Shown in pieces: positions 60,151 through 64,000 of a stretch of 64,000 bases of DNA. Below the pieces are notes generated by a model. The model had not been told where the DNA came from. It searched no databases and worked only from the letters and a program-made list of their open reading frames with translations. Origin of the DNA: Adineta vaga. Lineage: Eukaryota > Animalia > Rotifera. The stretch's first letter is position 1, and each line of letters begins with the position of its first letter. The DNA lies in assembly GCA_021613535.1 (NCBI GenBank), contig CP075495.1, positions 3,162,001 through 3,226,000 on the forward strand. Direction: 5' to 3'. Position numbers and translations under genes: made by a program.

Positions 60151-62363
60151 ATGTCACCATTAAATATCAATCAACTTATCAATAATGGAATAGTTCCGAC
60201 GTCTTATGGATCAAAATATTATATCCCTCATTTGTTAGATAGAAATGCTTTGAAAGACTTACAATTCGATGAAACTTCAGAATTATTTTGTCAACAATCT
60301 TCATCATTATCAGAAAATATACTTAGATACAGTTCTTTTTCAAATGAAAATGTCACTCATTTATTACAATCAGCATTGATATCTGGTGCTGTATCCTTTC
60401 GTCATGCTTTACATGATTTTAAAATGAAATATCGAAAACGTTTTCGTCAAGAAATCAATCAATTTGATAAACATCAAAATACACTCCTATGGTATTTAAC
60501 TCTAGCTGATCTCTGTTGTTGTATTGAAGAGTTATATCAATTTGCATCACTCGATCTAAATCTTTCCATCAAAAATGGATCTATGAATCAATGTATTCTT
60601 CATTATGCTGCGATTCATTCACCAATAGAAAATATTCGAAAAATACTTGATATAGGTGTCGATACTAATCTTGATGATCGATTTGGTCGAACTGTTCTTC
60701 ATTATATAGCAATGTATGGTACCAAGTATCATAATGATATAGAGATTATGAATTTATTGATAGATTATGAAGCGTTACTAAAGTAATTCTTTCAAAAGAT
60801 ACGAAATAAAATGAAAACTTGTTAAATATAGTCAAGAAGATTTTGATCATCGAACAAATTTACATTATGCAATTTTAATAAAAAACTACGATCTTGTCAA
60901 GTATTTAATTCATTTATCCGAGATAAATGTTTGTATAAGAGATAAATACGGTACATTTAACAATTGTTCTCCTAACGCTTTCCTATATTGATTTTGCAAA
61001 GGTTATACTCCACTCTGTTATTTATGTGAGCAAATATTCAATTTATCGGATATATCACTCGGCAATAATCAATGTACAAGTAATTTGGAGTGTATTTCGA
61101 CAATAATCAATCTTCTCATTGATCGATGTCCATCGAACAAACTTTCAGATTATTGTCATATTATCAAAAATGGACAAATCGGTGAAAATCTCTTATTACA
61201 TATGTACAATAAACTCTCCAGTATGAATTTATTATCATCAATGGATGGTTTGTTCAATCGGATCCAATCCATTCTTATTGGTACCAACCAAGATCATCGT
61301 TTACTTGCTGAATGTCTTCTAAAACTTCATTCATGGAAATCAGCAATACATGCTCTATGTAATACGCATAATGTCAACATATCAGATGTACTTATCCAAT
61401 GTATTGCTCATGATCCACATACTGTATTAATAAATAGTATCTCTCCACTATCTGATTTATCGATAGTATTGATGATAATTTATTATGCTCTATCAACGGA
61501 TGTAAAAATATTACGAAATATTGTGCCTGCATGTGGATATTCAATTGAAGATGAACCAAAACTAAAAGTATCAATGAATACAGTCTGAATGATATTATAT
61601 CATTTGTTACCTAGTTTTAATTTGTATTTAGTGTTCATTGCATATAGAGAATCTGAATTTACATACGACATATGTCACATTTATTCATACATGTTTACAT
61701 TATGCAAGACTTCATACTTTTTCTCTGAAACATCTATGTCGTACATACATTCGTGCTTATATTCAATCAAATATTATTGATAAAATAAAGAAATGTTCGA
61801 AGTTAACATATGAACTGCGTAATTATTTACAATTTAATGAACTTTTATTGATTTATTCGAAAATTGATAATCTTCCATGCATAGTTTATTTGATAAAACG
61901 ACTGGTTCGTTAACTCATAATATTAAATATCGAATGATCATTTGAAATATTTTAGTACAATATTTATCATATTGATGAATATAATCTCTTTGAAAATGAG
62001 ATCAATGAAAATTTCAAGTTATCATCTCTGATTTCTATCGAAGAAGTTGAGCAGTCTATTGGTTTATTTTCTGACACTAATGTTTCAACTCAGAATATCA
62101 TTCAACATTTACCGAGCGAAGATCCATCTGAAACAACGATAGCGGAAGACGAAAATTTTGTATATCATCGAACTATTGAAGAAATCATGGCTGAATCAGA
62201 TATATCGATTGATGAATCGATGGATTCAACAGAAAAAACTTCAATCTTGAATTCCGATTCAAAATTCAATATCAAACAGTTTGAAACTGACCTTGCTGAT
62301 ATGAATGCAAAATCAAAAGATCTCGAAAAGATGATCGATAGGTTTTTGTTGCTGGAAAACTAA
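60151..62363 (+). CDS. Ankyrin-repeat and SOCS-box protein with acidic C-terminal extension
   Basis: Ankyrin cores QCILHYAA, GRTVLHYIA, HRTNLHYAI, GYTPLCYLC; SOCS box SLKHLCRTYIRAYI...LTYELRNYLQF at about 61720-61840; putative last exon 61955-62363 open to TAA. Confidence 0.8.
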
Positions 62364-62574
62364 ACTAGTATTTCAATTTGTTAAAAAAATCACCAATCAA
62401 TTTCTTAAAACCTATGAATGAGTGAATCATTTGCTTTTCAAGGGGGTGCGGACGACACAACACCCCTTCTGTTCTGTTTCTTTCAGTGTCTTACTGCTTG
62501 TATGTTATCCAACCTATTTATATTTCTTTTTTTAACTTTTAAGATATTATTTCATATTCATACTATTATTAAAC

Positions 62575-63262
62575 ATGAGTACCTTACGAGCTAAAGCTGT
62601 CCTAATTGGTGATGAAGTTCATGTAGCTGGAAATAAAGATCAATGGGGTCGTGGAGGAGCAACATCAAGTGATGGACAAGCTAGTACTTCAGTTGGTTCA
62701 TCAAAAAAACCAGTCTTTGGTATAATTGAATTTGAACAACAAGGTGACACTGTTGTCATCACAGGAAAAATCGAAGGTCTCGGAGAAAACAGTCAACATG
62801 GTTTTCATATTCATGAATTTGGTGATGTCAGTAATGTGAGTATATTTCTTTCTTTTTAATAAAATCATCGTTATCGATGAGAATCTATTTTTAAGGGTTG
62901 TACATCTGCTGGTCCACATTTTAATCCACATAAAAAACAACACGCTGGTCCAGATGATGCTGATCGGTAGGAGTGATTAGTTTGAGTATATATTTCTTCG
63001 ACTACAATCTGTACGTTTTTGTAGACATATTGGTGATTTAGGAAATATTCAAACTGATGCCAGTGGTGTAGCTAATGTAAACATTAAAGACAAAATGATT
63101 TCTCTTCAAGGCGAACATTCAATTCTTGGTCGTTGTTTGGTTGTTCATGAAAAACCAGATGATTTAGGTCGTGGTGGTGATGATGAATCGAAAAAGACCG
63201 GTAATGCTGGTAAACGTTTAGCTTGTGGTATTGTTGGTACAGTTAATCCAGAAAAAAAGTAA
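62575..63262 (+). CDS. SOD1: Cu/Zn superoxide dismutase (cytosolic type) with N-terminal loop insertion; three exons
   Basis: [44 protein letters not shown] and [10 protein letters not shown] show all Cu/Zn ligands, both disulfide Cys and the catalytic Arg. Confidence 0.96.
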
Positions 63263-63756
63263 TACAATTACTCAGACAATCGATTCGATCAAAATTGTCT
63301 TAGTTCACTTCTTTTCGATCCGTTTGTAATCGTATTTTTTTTTCGTTGTATTTTATTTTAAATATACTAGCTAAACTATATCTTATTCTTTTACTGATGA
63401 CTGTATGCTCAAAAATGAAAAGAAACGAATATTTCATTTGTTTCAATTTGTATCATGAAGATAAGAAAAAGTCTAACTCAAATATATTGTGCTCTTGATC
63501 TAGTGATTTATTTAAGCGACATTATTTTAGATTGGAATAAAAAAACTGTTTATTCCAATGTATGGTAAAATATGGATTCCATCATAGAAACAGCTGAAAA
63601 ATTATGTTGTTTCGTCAGACTGAGAGCAAAGGAAATCAATTGATGGATGTAATTCAATTCAGAAAATTTATTCTCAACTGAAATTCTTTAGAAAAATAGT
63701 TGAAATTATTTCGAATTATTCAACTTTTTAGATAAAGAAGAATCTCGAATCAACGG

Positions 63757-64000
63757 ATGCCTAGCCAACAAGATTCGGTTACAGTTCGAGCTGTATGTGT
63801 ACTTAAAAATGGCGAAAATAATAATATTCAAGGAGTCATACGTTTTGCACAAATGATTGGAATGAATCAAATGAAAATCACTGGAGAATTACAAGGTTTA
63901 CCAACGGATCGTAAACTTACTTTTCGTATACATGAATATGGAGATTTAAGTAGTGGTATGACATCAACTGGTGGACGATTTAATCCAGATATAAAAGTTC
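63757..64000 (+). CDS. Cu/Zn SOD-fold paralogue, 5' part only (runs off the window), Cu ligands substituted
   Basis: Not in the ORF track. Translates as MPSQQDSVTVRAVCVLKNGENNNIQGVIRFAQMIGMNQMKITGELQGLPTDRKLTFRIHEYGDLSSGMTSTGGRFNPDIKV, colinear with SOD1. Confidence 0.85.
   Translation, partial: MPSQQDSVTVRAVCVLKNGENNNIQGVIRFAQMIGMNQMKITGELQGLPTDRKLTFRIHEYGDLSSGMTSTGGRFNPDIKV

Noticed and set aside
61586-61780. TGA immediately followed by an in-frame ATG ORF, suggesting readthrough or selenocysteine
   Set aside because: The TGA lies within a GT-AG intron starting near 61568; the next true exon is in another frame and encodes the SOCS box.
62419-62435. TGAGTGAATCATTTGC as an antioxidant response element upstream of SOD1
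   Set aside because: The spacing does not fit TGA(C/G)nnnGC; it is only a loose AP-1-like core.

Overview
AT-rich, intron-rich eukaryotic (animal) DNA with compact genes and mostly 45-70 nt introns. Composition, CGT/CGA arginine codons and intron size suggest a bdelloid rotifer (inference, not verified). I can support about 17 genes. In order: a plexin (+), ASCC1 (-), ataxin-2 (-), DET1 (+), a DMAC1/DUF4536-like small protein (+), VPS18 (+), an orphan type-I membrane protein (+), a USP7-like protease (-), adenosine deaminase (+), a CFAP20DC-tail-like protein (+), MAGI (+), three tandem eEF1A copies (+), an ankyrin/SOCS-box protein (+), a Cu/Zn SOD (+), and a SOD-like paralogue cut by the window end (+). 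I found no rRNA, tRNA, CRISPR array, intact transposon or obvious horizontally acquired gene. The best leads are remodelled versions of conserved genes. (1) The tandem SOD pair has one intact enzyme carrying a 31-aa loop insertion and one paralogue lacking Cu ligands and the disulfide Cys. (2) Two of the three eEF1A copies are homogenised from start to stop codon, have unrelated flanks, and each carries its own frameshift. (3) The plexin appears to have lost its GAP arginines. (4) MAGI has no WW domains and has putative internal first exons. Gene models were spliced by eye and comparisons to human proteins are from memory, so exon edges and alignments need confirmation.
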